A stretch of 64,000 nucleotides of DNA from Octopus bimaculoides (GCF_001194135.2 NC_068983.1:102872301-102936300); one strand, 5' to 3'. Positions 26,323 through 40,370 are shown, counted from the stretch's first letter. The notes: generated by a model not told the origin, from the letters alone. Made by a program: numbers and translations.

Positions 26323-26702
26323 TGGAGGTGCAATGGCCCAGTGGTTAGGGCAGCGGACTCGCAGTCGTAGGATCGCGGTTTTGATTCCCAGACCGGGCGT
26401 TGTGAGTGTTTCTTGAGCAAAAACACCTAAAGCTCCATGAGGCTCTGGCAGGGGATGGTGGCAAACTCTGTTGTACTCTTTCACCACAACTTTCTCTCGC
26501 TCTTTCTTCCTGTTTCTGTTGTACCTGTATTTGAAAGGGTCAGCCTTGTCACACTCTGTGTCATGTTCAATCTCCCTTAGAACTACATTAAGGGTACACG
26601 TGTCTGTGGAGTGCTCAGCCACTTGCATGTTAATTTCATAAGCAGGCTGTTCTATTGATCAGATCAACTGGAACCCTCGACGTGTAACCGATGGAGTGCC
26701 AG
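26323..26702 (+). mobile_element. tRNA-derived SINE family C copy 3
   Basis: Same head and body as the other family C copies but more diverged; flanked by (TATG)n. Confidence 0.9.
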
Positions 26703-26879
26703 CCATGTACGTATGTATGGTATGTATGTATGCATGAATACGTACATACACACACACACACACACAAATACATGCATAATATATATACATGCATACACAC
26801 ATATATACATATATACATACACACATACAATCGCACACACTCACACACACACACATACATATTTGTGTGTGTGTGTATA

Positions 26880-27113
26880 TTCTTTTATTCTTTTACATGT
26901 TTCAGTCATTTGACTGAAGCCATGCTGGAGCACTGCCTTAAAGAGTTTTATTTAAGGAAACCGATTCCAGGACTTATTCTTTGTAAGCCTAGTACCTATT
27001 CTGTCGGTCTCTTTTGCCAAAATATTAAGCTGGTGTAAACACACCAACACTGGTTGTCAAGTGATGGTAGCAGGATAAAATACAAACACAAAAACACACA
27101 CATAAATATATAT

Positions 27114-27153
<40 letters not shown>

Positions 27154-27500
27154 ATAGAAAGGACAACAAAAGAAAGACAGAGACCTTGATATTAAGTAAA
27201 TAGAGGAATTTATCTGTAAAAATATGTGACACTTATTTGGTAGCTATGATAAAACTCTGGCATCCAAAACTCGGAGTTTTATCATGGCTACCGAATAAGT
27301 GTCACATATTTTTACAGATATATATATATATATATCTGATGGGCTTCTTTCAGTTTCCATCTACGAAATCCACTCACAAGACTTTGGTCAACCTAAGGCT
27401 ATTGTAGAAGATGCTTGCCCAAAGTGCCACACTGTGGAACTGATCCTGGAACCATGTGGTTGGGAAGTAAGCTTCTTACCACACAGCCACACTTGCACCT
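26880..27500 (-). mobile_element. SINE family B copy whose internal (TA)n is interrupted by a palindromic insert
   Basis: Family B tail (CTTTTACATGTTTCAGTCATTTGACTG) and head (CTTCTTACCACACAGCCAC), with about 170 extra bp at 27150-27320. Confidence 0.85.
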
Positions 27501-27677
27501 GAAAAAACATGGAATGCTTCACAAATTTGTGTGTCGTCCTTGCACAGGAGCCATGCTAATCTTCTCTGTATCATTCCAATTTTAGAATAAATACTGCTGT
27601 ATATGTCGTACATACATGCATACACAGACATACATACATACATGTGATTATACTTTCCAAATGCTTGCAGCTTCCTT

Positions 27678-27717
<40 letters not shown>

Positions 27718-27871
27718 TCATGGGTATTATATCTACATATAAATTTATGTATAGACAAAATGCTGGTGTGTTCATCCATATTTACATAAATGCATGTATT
27801 TATCTAGCTGCATCTATATGATTACATGTGAATGTGTGCGTGTGCATGCATATACGTATATATATGTATAT

Positions 27872-28284
27872 AGGTACAGGAGTGGCTGTGTGGTAAGTAG
27901 CTTGTTTACCAACCACATGGTTACGGGTTCATTCCCACTGCGTGGCACCTTGGGCAAGTGTCTTCTACTATAGCCTCGGGCCGACCAAAGCCTTGGGAGT
28001 GGATTTGGTAGACGGAAACTGAAAGAAGCCTGTCGTATATATGTATATATATATATATGTATGTGTGTGTATATGTCTGTGTGTCTGTGTTTGTCCCCCC
28101 AACATCGCTTGACAACCAATGGTGGTGTGTTTACGTACCCGTAACTTAGCAGTTTGGCAAAAGAGACCGATAGAATAAGTACTAGGCTTACAAAGAATAA
28201 GTCCTGGGGTCGATTTGCTTGACTAAAGGCAGTGCTCCAGCATGGCGGCAGTCAAATGACTGAAACAAGTAAAAGACTAAAAGA

Positions 28285-28285
<1 letters not shown>
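27872..28285 (+). mobile_element. tRNA-headed SINE family B (CORE-like motif, internal TA/TG microsatellite)
   Basis: GGAGTGGCTGTGTGGTAAG...GGTTCATTCCCACTGCGTGGCACCTTGGGCAAGTG...CAGTCAAATGACTGAAACAAGTAAAAGA. The CORE resemblance is recalled, not computed. Confidence 0.85.
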
Positions 28286-28333
<48 letters not shown>

Positions 28334-29207
28334 TTTAAATAGAGGTTAAAATAACCGCCTGAAGGGATAGAAAATATCCAATGAATTACTGGTTTGTTAC
28401 CTATTATTTTATTGTGAATAGTAATATTCCTGAAGTAATAGGTTTAAGTATAAAACATTATTTATAAATATTCAAATTAAAACCCATTTACAATCTTATG
28501 TGAAAACATGCTTGGTGCTGGGGAAATATTACCTTACTTGTAAACAAGTGAGGGTGGGACTAGGAAAGGCATCCAGCTGTAGAAAATTTGTCATTATGAA
28601 TTCTGTCCAGTCCATGTGAATTATACACATACATCATACTTATATACATATATACACATGCAGCATAGTTCAATATCAATAGTCCAGCCCATGCCAGCAT
28701 AGAATATGAACACTAAATGATGATGATGTTAAGTGCAGGCATGGCTGTGTGGTTGAAAAGTTTCCTTCCCAGCCACATGGTTCTGGGTTCAATCCCACTG
28801 CGTGGCACCTTGCACAAATGTCTTTTGCTATAGCTCCAAGCTGACTGAAACCTTGTGAATGTATGTATGTATGTATGTATGTATGCATATATGTATGTAT
28901 GTAGGTATGTATGTATGTAGGTATGTATGTATGTCTCCCTCTCTCCCTGATTTGATATCATGTGATAGCTGTAAACGAGTGTCACCATCATTCAAGTGGT
29001 GTTCTTCATTTCCAATCTTCTGTGAAAACATGCTTGGTGTTGGGGAAATCCAGCTGTAGGAAATTTGTTATTATGAATTCCATCCAGTCCATGTAAACAT
29101 GGAAAAGTGGGCATTAAAACGATCATAATGATACTACTGGTTACTATTTATGCTTTGGCTAAACAGAATTATAAAATATCTATCTATATAGATGGGAGTG
29201 GCTGTGA

Positions 29208-29370
29208 GACACAGGAATGGCTGTGCGGTAAGTAGCTTGTTTACCAACCACATAGTTCTGCGTTCAGTCCCATTGTGTGGCACTTTGGGCAAGTGTCTTC
29301 TACTATAGCCTCGGGTTGACCAAAGCCTTGTGAGTGGATTTGATAGATGGAAATTGAAAGAAGCCCATTG

Positions 29371-29432
<62 letters not shown>

Positions 29433-29972
29433 CTTGTGTGTCTGTGTTTGTATCCGCACCATCACTTGGCAACTGATGCTGGTGTGTTTACGCCCCCATA
29501 ACTTATTGGTTCAGCAAAAGAGACTGATAGAATAAGTACTAGGCTTACAAAGAGTAAGTCCTGGCGTCGATTTGCTCGACTAAAGGCAGTGCTCCAGCAT
29601 GGCTTCAGTCAAATGACTGAAATAAATAAAAGAATATATCTATAGGTGCAGGTGTGGCTGTGCGGTCAGTAGCTCGTTTCCCAATCTCATGCTTCCAGGT
29701 TCAGTACTGTTGTGTGACACCTTAGGCAAGTTGTTTTCTGTTATAGCCTCAGGCCTTGTAAGTAGATGTGGCAGATGGAAATTGAAAGAAGGCCATCATG
29801 CACATGCCTGACAACTGGTGCTGGTGTGTTTACCAGTTTGGCAAAAGAGATTGATAGAATAAGTAACAGGCTTTAAAAATAAGAAACTGGAGTCAATACA
29901 GGTGATGAAAAATTCTTCAAAGCAGTGCCCCAGCATGGCCACAATCTAATGACTGAAACAAGTAAATGGTAA
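29208..29972 (+). mobile_element. Two tandem SINE family B copies
   Basis: A full copy at 29208-29633 and an older copy at 29643-29972 in the same orientation. Confidence 0.8.
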
Positions 29973-30065
29973 AAGATAAAAGACACATCATAAACACACA
30001 CAAGACTAACAAAACAAGAAGACGTTCAGTAGTGGTGGATGGACTTTATATTTATTTGCAGAGAG

Positions 30066-30458
30066 TGGAGGCGCAATGGCCCAGTGGTTAGGGCAGCGGA
30101 CTCACGGTCATAGGATCGCGGTTTCGATTCCCAGACCGGGCGTTGTGAGTGTTTATTGAGTGAAAACACCTAAAGCTCCACGAGGCTCTGGCAGGGGGTG
30201 GTGGCGAACCCTGCTGTACTCTTTCACCACAACTTTCTCTCACTCTTTCTTCCTGTTTCTGTTGTGCCTGTAATTCAAAGGGTCAGCCTTGTCACACTCT
30301 GTGTCACACTGAATATCCCCGAGAACTATGTTAAGGGTACACGTGTCTGTGGAGTGCTCAGCCACTTGCACGTTAATTTCACGAGCAGGCTGTTCCGTTG
30401 ATCGGATCAACTGGAACCCTCGACGTCGTAAGCGACGGAGTGCCAACAACAGCAACAA
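30066..30458 (+). mobile_element. tRNA-derived SINE family C copy 4
   Basis: Full length. TSD TTATTTGCAGAG / TTATTTGTAGAG (30052-30063 / 30459-30470). Confidence 0.92.
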
Positions 30459-31142
30459 TTATTTGTAGAGCAAAATTTATTAAGCATATTAGAATTAATT
30501 GGGATTTTCAATTTTACTTGCACACACAATTTCGCTTACACACACAATTTCACTTACACACACACGTGCACACACACACACACGAATATATTATGCATAT
30601 TCAATATGAAACACATAGACATACATGAATATATGTATGTGTGAGTAAATCTAAGAATAAACCTAAGGGCTGTCGATATACAACAAAAAGAACTTGTATG
30701 TATCACTTGGTATATATTTGTGTGTGTGCATGTCTATGTGTATGTGTGTGTGTGTGCAAAATCTCTTAATTCATCAAAAACCATAATCTATTCCAAATCA
30801 TACACAATTTTTTTATTAATCTCAACCATACACAATGAAAGTCTCAAGAATTTCTTATTGCTTTTGAATCTAGACAATGGATATATTACTTTCACGTCTG
30901 GTTATCAGACAGAAGCCAATATCTGTGTCTTCTAGTACTCAATATATCCCTCAATACAAAAACTTGGCATGTAGTTTCATCTTGATTTCATTATATATAA
31001 TTATATATATAAATATATATATTAATGTACATATATATATATATAATTATATATATATATTTTATCAAAGATATATTTTATAAGTATATTTTATTATATA
31101 TATAAAATCATATATATACATATGTTTTATTATATATATATG

Positions 31143-31176
<34 letters not shown>

Positions 31177-31243
31177 CTTATATATACATTTGTACATATA
31201 TGTATATATACACACATATATATTTATATATATGCATTCATAC

Positions 31244-31306
<63 letters not shown>

Positions 31307-31508
31307 NNNNNNNNNNNNNNNNNNNNNNNNNNNNNNNNNNNNNNNNNNNNNNNNNNNNNNNNNNNNNNNNNNNNNNNNNNNNNNNNNNNNNNNNNNNNNN
31401 NNNNNNNNNNNNNNNNNNNNNNNNNNNNNNNNNNNNNNNNNNNNNNNNNNNNNNNNNNNNNNNNNNNNNNNNNNNNNNNNNNNNNNNNNNNNNNNNNNNN
31501 NNNNNNNN

Positions 31509-31554
<46 letters not shown>

Positions 31555-31718
31555 TCTTTTACATTTTTCTTCTAGAATTACCTTTACTATAATGGCTGTG
31601 CTTGTTTCTTATTTTCAGAATCTTTAATCACTGGATTGATAAAAACTGAAAGCAGCCAGCAAATTCTAGAAATTTATGATAGCTGTTGAATCTGGTTAGA
31701 ACATCAATAGCTACAGTA

Positions 31719-31764
<46 letters not shown>

Positions 31765-33342
31765 AGAACTGCTACCTCTGTTGGCAACAAAAGGACTCTC
31801 TCGCACAGTGAAAGGTAGCTTGTATGATGCTTGTGTATGAATGGCTATACTCCATGGTAGTGAGACATGGCCTCTGAATGCAAAGGATATGTATAGACCA
31901 GAGAGGAATGAAGGCAGTATGCTCTGCTAGATGTACAGCATCAGTGTGCATGAATGATAAAATGTAAATGTGTTGAGAGACCAAGTTTGACATAAGAGGA
32001 ATTAAATGCAGCATGCAGAAGAGGAGATTATGTTGGCTTGGACGTGTGATGCACATGAATGAAGACAGCTGTATAAAGAAGTGCCAGTCACTGAAAGTGG
32101 ATGGTGCCTGTGGAAGCGGGAAACCCAAGAAGACATGGGATGAAGAGGTGATGACTCAAGGAGGAAGTGACAATGGACCAAGATGTCTGGCAATATGAGG
32201 TTCGAGAGAAGAGCCGCCCATGTCAGCAAAACTGAGTGCTAGAAGTGTCGTGTCCCACCCACATACAACAGTTAAATTTTCCCACACCCTACCCCATGAA
32301 ACCAAACTACATCCCTTCCAAACTGCATCTTTTCTTTTCCACACGTTTCCTCTTTATACACTATGATTACCTCCTACTTCCCATCCCTATCCTCACTGTA
32401 CTGCTGCTTTCCCCACTCAGGTTCTCACCAGTCACTGCATTCCCCATTCCCATTCGCTACTCATGCTTCCTTAGCAATACCTGGCTACATAGAATATGAC
32501 TTCCATACCTTGAGAATAAGCCCTGGCAATTGCCACCATTTATCTCTCTCTTCCTTACTTTACCATCCCATCTATGCTCTGATCCTCATTCCTTGTGAGT
32601 ATACCCTGGCACTTCACCACCATCTCTCTCCTACTCTCTCTTGCACTCTTGCTGTCTCTCACTCTCTCTCCCTCTTTCCTTTGCTTTTTCCTCTGACTGA
32701 GTAACCATGAATCACATGAAGTATACCTGTTTCTGCCCTTATTCTTGATACTCTCTCTCTCTCTCTTTCCTCTTGTGCTTCTTTCTGGTTAGGTAACCAA
32801 ATATCTCCGCTAGGTAACCAAATATCTCCTTTACAGCTGCATACCTATTTCTGTCCTCTTTCTTGTTACCTCTCTTTCCCCTTTCCCCCCCTATCTCTCT
32901 CTGGTTGGATAACCATGTACCTCCCCTATAGCAAGACACCTGTTTCTCTCTCCCTGTTACATTCTAACCTTTCATCGTCTGACACAAGATCATCTCCTCC
33001 AATGCTCCTTCCCCTCTCAAAAATTCTTTGTCTAGCAAGTTAATTGGTGCCCCTGCTGGTGCTGGTGCCACATGAAAAACATCCAGTCTACACTGTGAAG
33101 TGGTTGGTATTTGGAAAGGCATCCAGCTGTAAAACCATGTCAAAACTGACCGCAAGTGTGCTGGTTCCACATAAAAAGCACTCAGTCCACTCTGAAGTGT
33201 GGTTGGTGTTAAGAAGAGCATCCAGCCATAAAAACCATGTGAAAACAAACACAGAAGCCTGTCGTAGTCTTCTACCTGGCTGGCTGCTGTCAAACTGTAT
33301 AACCCATGCCAGCATGGAAGGCCAACATTAAATGATGATGAT
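31765..33342 (+). mobile_element. 5'-truncated RTE LINE (ORF2 C-terminus, long CT-rich 3' UTR, GAT tail)
   Basis: ELLPLLATKGLS..VKGSLYDACV..AILHGSETW..RRLCWLGRVMHMNEDSCIKKC..GKPKKTWDE with stops. It ends CCCATGCCAGCATGGAAGGCCAACATTAAATGATGATGAT and starts right after (GTA)n. Confidence 0.85.
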
Positions 33343-34009
33343 ACCATATATATATATATATATATATATATTCTGTTGNNNNNNNNNNNNNNNNNNNNNN
33401 NNNNNNNNNNNNNNNNNNNNNNNNNNNNNNNNNNNNNNNNNNNNNNNNNNNNNNNNNNNNNNNNNNNNNNNNNNNNNNNNNNNNNNNNNNNNNNNNNNNN
33501 NNNNNNNNNNNNNNNNNNNNNNNNNNNNNNNNNNNNNNNNNNNNNNNNNNNNNNNNNNNNNNNNNNNNNNNNNNNNNNNNNNNNNNNNNNNNNNNNNNNN
33601 NNNNNNNNNNNNNNNNNNNNNNNNNNNNNNNNNNNNNNNNNNNNNNNNNNNNNNNNNNNNNNNNNNNNNNNNNNNNNNNNNNNNNNNNNNNNNNNNNNNN
33701 NNNNNNNNNNNNNNNNNNNNNNNNNNNNNNNNNNNNNNNNNNNNNNNNNNNNNNNNNNNNNNNNNNNNNNNNNNNNNNNNNNNNNNNNNNNNNNNNNNNN
33801 NNNNNNNNNNNNNNNNNNNAACATCCATTTTCCATGCTGGCATGGGTTAGATGGTTTGACTAGAATTGGCAAGACCAGGGGCCACAAAAACATAGATAGG
33901 CTGAAGGAATACATTTACATGGAATACAAAATATAGAGTATGGAATAAAGAATACAGATTGAATGAAAAAAAAGAAGTTATGTAATAGTTTTCTCTACAT
34001 ATATCTGTT

Positions 34010-34440
34010 ATCTTTTATCATTTACTTGCTCCAGTCATTAGATTGCAGCCATACTGGGACACCACCTTGAGGGGGTTTTTAGTTGACTGTATTGACCCCA
34101 GTACTTACTTTTTATAAGCCTGGTACTTATTCTATCTGTCCCTTTTGCTGAACTGCTAAGTTACAGAGATGTCAACACACCAGTACCGTTTGTTAAGTGG
34201 TAGTGATGGGGACAAACACAGACAAAACGACACACACGCACACACACAAACACACACACACACGCACACACACACACATATGCATATATACGACAGGTTT
34301 CTTTCAGTTTCCATCTACCAAATCCTTTCACAAGTCTGAGGCTATAGTAGAAGACACTTGCCCAAGGCACCACACAGTGAGACTGAACCCAGAATCATGT
34401 GGTTGGGAAGCAAGCTTCTTACCACACAGCCACACCTGCA
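34010..34440 (-). mobile_element. SINE family B copy (followed by a 29-bp tandem duplication of its head)
   Basis: Family B tail, microsatellite and head. ACCACACAGCCACACCTGCATCTCCACA is repeated at about 34421-34477. Confidence 0.8.
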
Positions 34441-34489
34441 TCTCCACATACCACACAGCCACACCTGCATCTCCACAAAACCATGCATC

Positions 34490-34830
34490 ATCATCATCAT
34501 CATCATTTAGTGTCTGCTTTTCATGCAGGCATGGATTAGACAGTTTGGCTGAAACTGGTAAGCTGGAGAGCTTGCATCAGGTTTCAATTTGATTTTCTAT
34601 GGCTGGATGTCCTTCCTAACCTGAACCACTCCAAGAGTGTAATGGATGCTCTTTACATGCCACTGGTATGGGTGCCAGTTACGTGACACTGGCATTGCCA
34701 CAACTACGATTTCACTTGGCTTGATAAGTCTTCTCAAGCACAGCATATCGCCAAAGGTCTTGGTCACTTATCATTGCCTCTGTGAGGCCCAACGTTTGAA
34801 GGGTGCTTTTCATGAGCCATCAGTATAAGT
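34490..34830 (-). mobile_element. RTE 3'-end derived element
   Basis: (CAT)n then TTTCATGCAGGCATGG...GGCTGGATGTCCTTCCTAAC, the reverse complement of the RTE 3' UTR end. Confidence 0.75.
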
Positions 34831-35382
34831 GCCTTTCTTTAGTCATTACACAGTGATCGCTCATAAGCTTATAAAATATTATTATTATTATCATTTACAG
34901 AAGTGTAAAAATCGACACTGCTTACTAAAAACTATTACATGTGTGTGTGTGGGGGGGTGTATGTGTGTGTGTGCATGTGTTTGTGTTTCCTTGACCCAAC
35001 ATTGCATGATAGTTGCAAACAAGTGTTCACCATTATGCAAGCAGTGTCTTTCGTTTCCAATATTCTGTGGAAACATGCCTGGTCATGGGGGAAATATTAC
35101 CTTACTTGGAAGCAAATGAGGGTTGGCAAGAGGAAGGGCGTCCAGTCATAGAAAATCCATCTCAATATATTCTGTCTGACCCATGCAAACAGAAAAGTGA
35201 ATGTTAAAATGTGGATGATGATGATGATGATGATGATGATTTGTGCAGATGATTTTGTTTTTTGCTCTCAGCTTCACTTTTTTGTTTCATGTATGTCTTT
35301 AATTTCTTTAATTCTGATGTAAAAATTTGGTAATTAACTTTTCAAAAATGTGGAATATGTCATGAACTTCAGCTGTGTTTAA

Positions 35383-35602
35383 CCCTTTAGCATTCAGATT
35401 TCTTTGTGAAAGGTAATAGCTATTTGTTGATATTGTTTTGAATTAATCATGCATTATCTTATAGCTTTGAAATGTTTATGGTTTGTTTGTATATTTTTAT
35501 AATAACATTGTAGGGTAGGTGTGAGAGGTTGGATCTGATTAGTTTTAATATAAAACAGGTAGAATATTTGGGCCAGATATGGTTGGATTAAATGCTAAAG
35601 AG
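35383..35602. mobile_element. piggyBac-like MITE family 1 (TTAA target)
   Basis: TTAA|CCCTTTAGCA...TGCTAAAGAG|TTAA. Confidence 0.8.
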
Positions 35603-35890
35603 TTAAAGCCACAAAGAATGAAAAGAGGACATGACCCATTTGAAATTTTACTGTAATATTTTATGAAAAAAAATAATAAAAATGACATCCTACTTAAGTC
35701 ATATAATAGGCTGAAGAGATTAAATTGAATGGATTAGGGAAGAGAGAGCAACAGAGTGAGTGAGAGAGAGTGAGAGGGAGTGAGAGGGAAGGAGAGAGAG
35801 TGATGTTGATGGTAAGGAGAAGGTAGAGATGGGAATGATAATTACTATCTAATTTCTGATCAGTCACTAATATTAATTATCACCTTTTAA

Positions 35891-36075
35891 CCCTTTAGCG
35901 TTTTAACTGGCCATATCCAACCAAAATATTCTACCTGTTTATGTTCAAACTGTCTAGATCTGGTGTCTCACACCTACCCTACAATGTCATTCTAAAAATA
36001 AACAATCACATCATTGAAATCTTCAAGTTATAAGATGATGCATAATTAATTCAAAACAATCTGAATGCTAAGAAG
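35891..36075. mobile_element. piggyBac-like MITE family 1, opposite orientation, internally deleted
   Basis: TTAA|CCCTTTAGCG...AATGCTAAGAAG|TTAA. Confidence 0.7.
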
Positions 36076-36084
36076 TTAAGTCAG

Positions 36085-36285
36085 CAAGCTGGTAGAATTG
36101 TTAGCATGCCAGGTGAAATGCTTAGTGGCATTATGTCTATCCTTACATTCAGAGTTCAAATTCTATCAGAGTTGACTTTGTCTTCCATCCTTTTATGGTT
36201 GATAAAATAGGTACCAGTTGAACACTGGGGTCGATTTAATCAACTTAACTCCTGCTGGTCTTGTGCTAAAATTTGAAACTGATAT
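36085..36285 (+). mobile_element. SINE family A copy (plus strand)
   Basis: GCAAGCTGGTAGAATTGTTAGCATGCC...GAGTTCAAATTCT...GACTTTGTCTTCCATCC. Confidence 0.75.
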
Positions 36286-37412
36286 TAATTATTGCCTTGC
36301 AAAACACATAAACTGAGCTATGATATCCTTACTTCAAAGAATTTCTTTTTTTTTTGTTAATGAGTTGGGGAATGAAATTTATTTATAAATGACAGGATTA
36401 GGTAAGTCAGCTTACCTTATCCTGCCATTGTTAATTACAGTGTACAAAATATCAGATCTGTGCACTACAATCATTATTTTAATGCTCAGTTTTCCATTCT
36501 CACATGGGTCTGATGGAATTTGTTGAGGCAGATTTTCTATGGCTGGGTACCCTTTCCATCATCTAGATTCATCTGTTTCAAAGGGAAGTAATATTTTCCC
36601 ATGGCTAGACATGTTTTCACAGAAGATTGGACGGGTAGGACACCCCTTGCATGGTGGTGACACTCATTTACAATTACCATATGATGTTAAGGCAAGGAGA
36701 CTGTAACACATTGATCCACATACACACATGCATATACACATATACATATATGCATAATATATATATATATATATATANNNNNNNNNNNNNNNNNNNNNNN
36801 NNNNNNNNNNNNNNNNNNNNNNNNNNNNNNNNNNNNNNNNNNNNNNNNNNNNNNNNNNNNNNNNNNNNNNNNNNNNNNNNNNNNNNNNNNNNNNNNNNNN
36901 NNNNNNNNNNNNNNNNNNNNNNNNNNNNNNNNNNNNNNNNNNNNNNNNNNNNNNNNNNNNNNNNNNNNNNNNNNNNNNNNNNNNNNNNNNNNNNNNNNNN
37001 NNNNNNNNNNNNNNNNNNNNNNNNNNNNNNNNNNNNNNNNNNNNNNNNNNNNNNNNNNNNNNNNNNNNNNNNNNNNNNNNNNNNNNNNNNNNNNNNNNNN
37101 NNNNNNNNNNNNNNNNNNNNNNNNNNNNNNNNNNNNNNNNNNNNNNNNNNNNNNNNNNNNNNNNNNNNNNNNNNNNNNNNNNNNNNNNNNNNNNNNNNNN
37201 NNNNNNNNNNNNNNNNNNNNNNNNNNNNNNNNNNNNNNNNNNNNNNNNNNNNNNNNNNNNNNNNNNNNNNNNNNNNNNNNNNNNNNNNNNNNNNNNNNNN
37301 NNNNNNNNNNNNNNNNNNNNNNNNNNNNNNNNNNNNNNNNNNNNNNNNNNNNNNNNNNNNNNNNNNNNNNNNNNNNNNNNNNNNNNNNNNNNNNNNNNNN
37401 NNNNNNNNNNNN

Positions 37413-37460
<48 letters not shown>

Positions 37461-38330
37461 TCTTCTGTCAGTTTCTGCCTATCAAATCCACTCATAAAAC
37501 TTTGGTCAGCCTGAGCCTTTAGTAGAAGACACTTACTTGCCCAAGGTGCCATGCAGTGGAATTGAACCTGCAACTATGTGGTTGGAAAACAAACTTCTTA
37601 CCATGCAGTTATACCTGTGCCTACACTATCTGTATCAAATCAAATATTGAGAGATTTCAAATGGAATATGTAGAAAACCTTTATATATTATAATAGTCAA
37701 TATACACATACATATCCACACAGTCAAACACAAGCCCAAACGTACACATGGACAAATACACACACACACACATATGTAGTGACAGAACCGGGAGGATTAA
37801 TAACAAGAGATACTGTTAGCATAACAAGATCCAACACATCATATATACATTTACAACATACTGAGGCCTCTGTTTGTCATTAATGACCATGGATGATGGT
37901 CCTAGTTTGTTCACCCTAATGAAACAACATTGGCTGTGCCTGAAGAGTCTGATGCACAAATGGCAGTCTTTGCCACTGAAGCTGCACTTGTGAGTTGTTT
38001 CAGTGCTATTTGAGTTGTAGTAATGACTTTTAACCGATTTTTGTTGTTCCCTGTTGTGTGGACACCATAGACAAGGCCAGAGTTTCTCATTTGCTATAAT
38101 CTATGTGTGTGCTTTTATGAGAGGATCTCTGAAGGCTAGTAACTCAGTATTCAGTGTTCTAACAAGACATCCATGTTAAGTTGGATATAAAGATTACGTT
38201 TTTGGTATTAATACAGCTTGTATTGCTAATAATTAACTTTTAATGAGCCTGCTGGTTATTTACGACATCAGCATCTAGAACAATGCTGATATTCTAATAC
38301 CTCTTAGCAGTAAAATGAATGTGTGCTTAT

Positions 38331-38370
<40 letters not shown>

Positions 38371-39084
38371 CAGATACAAATGTGCACAGATGCATGCACA
38401 TAGACACACATGCAGCAGATTTATTATACATCCACATGTACTAGATACACAAATGCATACATGAAGGAACTGATGTCCTCCAATACATGAACGTTCATAC
38501 ACATACACACAATCCAACTGGTACTTATTTTATCAACCTTGGAAAGAGGAAAGGAAAGTCAGCCTCAATGGAATTTGAAGTCAGAAAGTAAAGACGGACA
38601 AAATGCAGCTAAGCATTTCTCTCAGTCTGCTAATGATTCTGCCAGCTCGCTGCCTTAATATTGCTGGTAATATTACCAAGATTATGTGTAATAGATTATT
38701 CTTTCTTGGAAGATATAGCAAACATTTACAGTGGGACACTGAATTCCAAATCCATGAACCTAAAGTTGTCCTATACTTAGAAGTCACAATCAGATGCTAA
38801 CATGACCAAGAATGATTATGTTAGCTGTTTATATCCACTTGACACATTTCAACAAAATCCAATCCATCAGACCTGACATCAAAGGATCTGATCAAATTAC
38901 TTTTTGCTAAATCTTAATCACCCTACACCAGCTCATGTCACACACTACTGACAATAATTATTAATGTTACATTTTCAACTATTCATATTTTCTAATCTGT
39001 ATCAGGGTACTTATTTGGATAAAACATGATCAACACTTTTAATAGTTATTTTATCACATCTACTTAGTCCACATCTTATATATA

Positions 39085-39167
<83 letters not shown>

Positions 39168-39329
39168 GCATATATATGTGTGTATATTGATGTGTATATA
39201 TATATGCATATATATATGTATATATATATATGTGTATATATGTATATATATGTGTGTGTGTATATATATATATATACACATATATATATAAGCATATATA
39301 CATTATATATATACATATATATGTGCATA

Positions 39330-39455
39330 TCATATCATCATCATCGTTTAACGTCCGCTTTCCATGCTAGCATGGGTTGGACGATTTGACTGAGGACTGG
39401 TGAAACCAGATGGCTACACCAGGCTCCAATCTAATTTGGCAGAGTTTCTACTGGA
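39330..39455 (-). mobile_element. Young RTE-tail element fragment
   Basis: About 115 bp identical by eye to the copy at about 45405-45520. Confidence 0.85.
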
Positions 39456-39507
39456 TATATATATATATATATATATATATGCATATATATATATGTGTAT
39501 ATATATA

Positions 39508-40370
39508 CATGGTCTGATCAATAAGTATCTGGACTGTTACCATAGTAACAAAGCTAAAAGCACAGAGAGTGAAGCCACTCGGTACAGACTGACCTTAAAC
39601 TCTGGTGTGCATGCACACTAAGTTTTAATGTTCTAGCTTACTTCCGCTATTTACATCAGTGCTTGGAAGGAAGGTGTAGCGTGTGTTCATCGCATTGATA
39701 ACGACAGAGAAAGTTGAGCAGAGAATCTGCATCAAGTGTTGCCAAAAGCTTGGCGATAGCTGCTCAGAGGCCTATGCAAAGTTTTCAAAAAGTTTCCATC
39801 ATTCTCAATACAATCAAGGAGATCTTATGCAACTGAAACCTGTGTGTTCTTTTAGTCAGCTGAAACCAGTTTTGACAAACTTGGCAGACACGTGTTTCAT
39901 ACCGAAATCTTCAGTGATAATGGACTGTATTGAACCATAACTATTCTGCACATCCTCTGATAACTCACGGATGGTGATTCAATGATTTCTCTTCACAGCT
40001 GTGATATTTTTTTGTTCTGCTGGCTGTGTTTCTCCCAGAATGTTTGGCAATTTCAGCATTTCTTTGGCCACCTTAGAAATGTCTGAACCACTTATACACT
40101 TGTGTGCAGCTCATACACTTTCTGCAACTCTGTGTAAGCCTCTGAGCAGGTATTGCCATGACAACTTTCTCGATCATGGTCAGTATGACAATCACACGCT
40201 ACACACCTTCCTTCCAAGCAGTACTGTAAACAACAGAAGCCAGCTAGAACATTAAAACTTAGTGTGCATGCACAGCAGAGTTCAGAGCCAATCTTTGCCA
40301 AGGGGCTTCACTTTGCATGCTTTAGCTTCGTTACTATGGCAGCAATCTGAATACTTATTGATCAGACTTC

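Noticed and set aside
28350-28400. CTGAAG-GGATA GAAAA TATCC hairpin after a TA tract
   Set aside because: Hammerhead-like start but no GAAA or helix I/III; too degenerate to call.
37906-37989. Open frame ending in GTGAGT (FVHPNETTLAVPEE...)
   Set aside because: Poor acceptor and no homology. The region may instead be an LTR-like remnant starting TGTAGTGA near 37775, which I also cannot support.
39011-39389. ORFs rich in YI/HT/CV dipeptides (many loci)
   Set aside because: Translations of (TA)n and (CA)n microsatellites.
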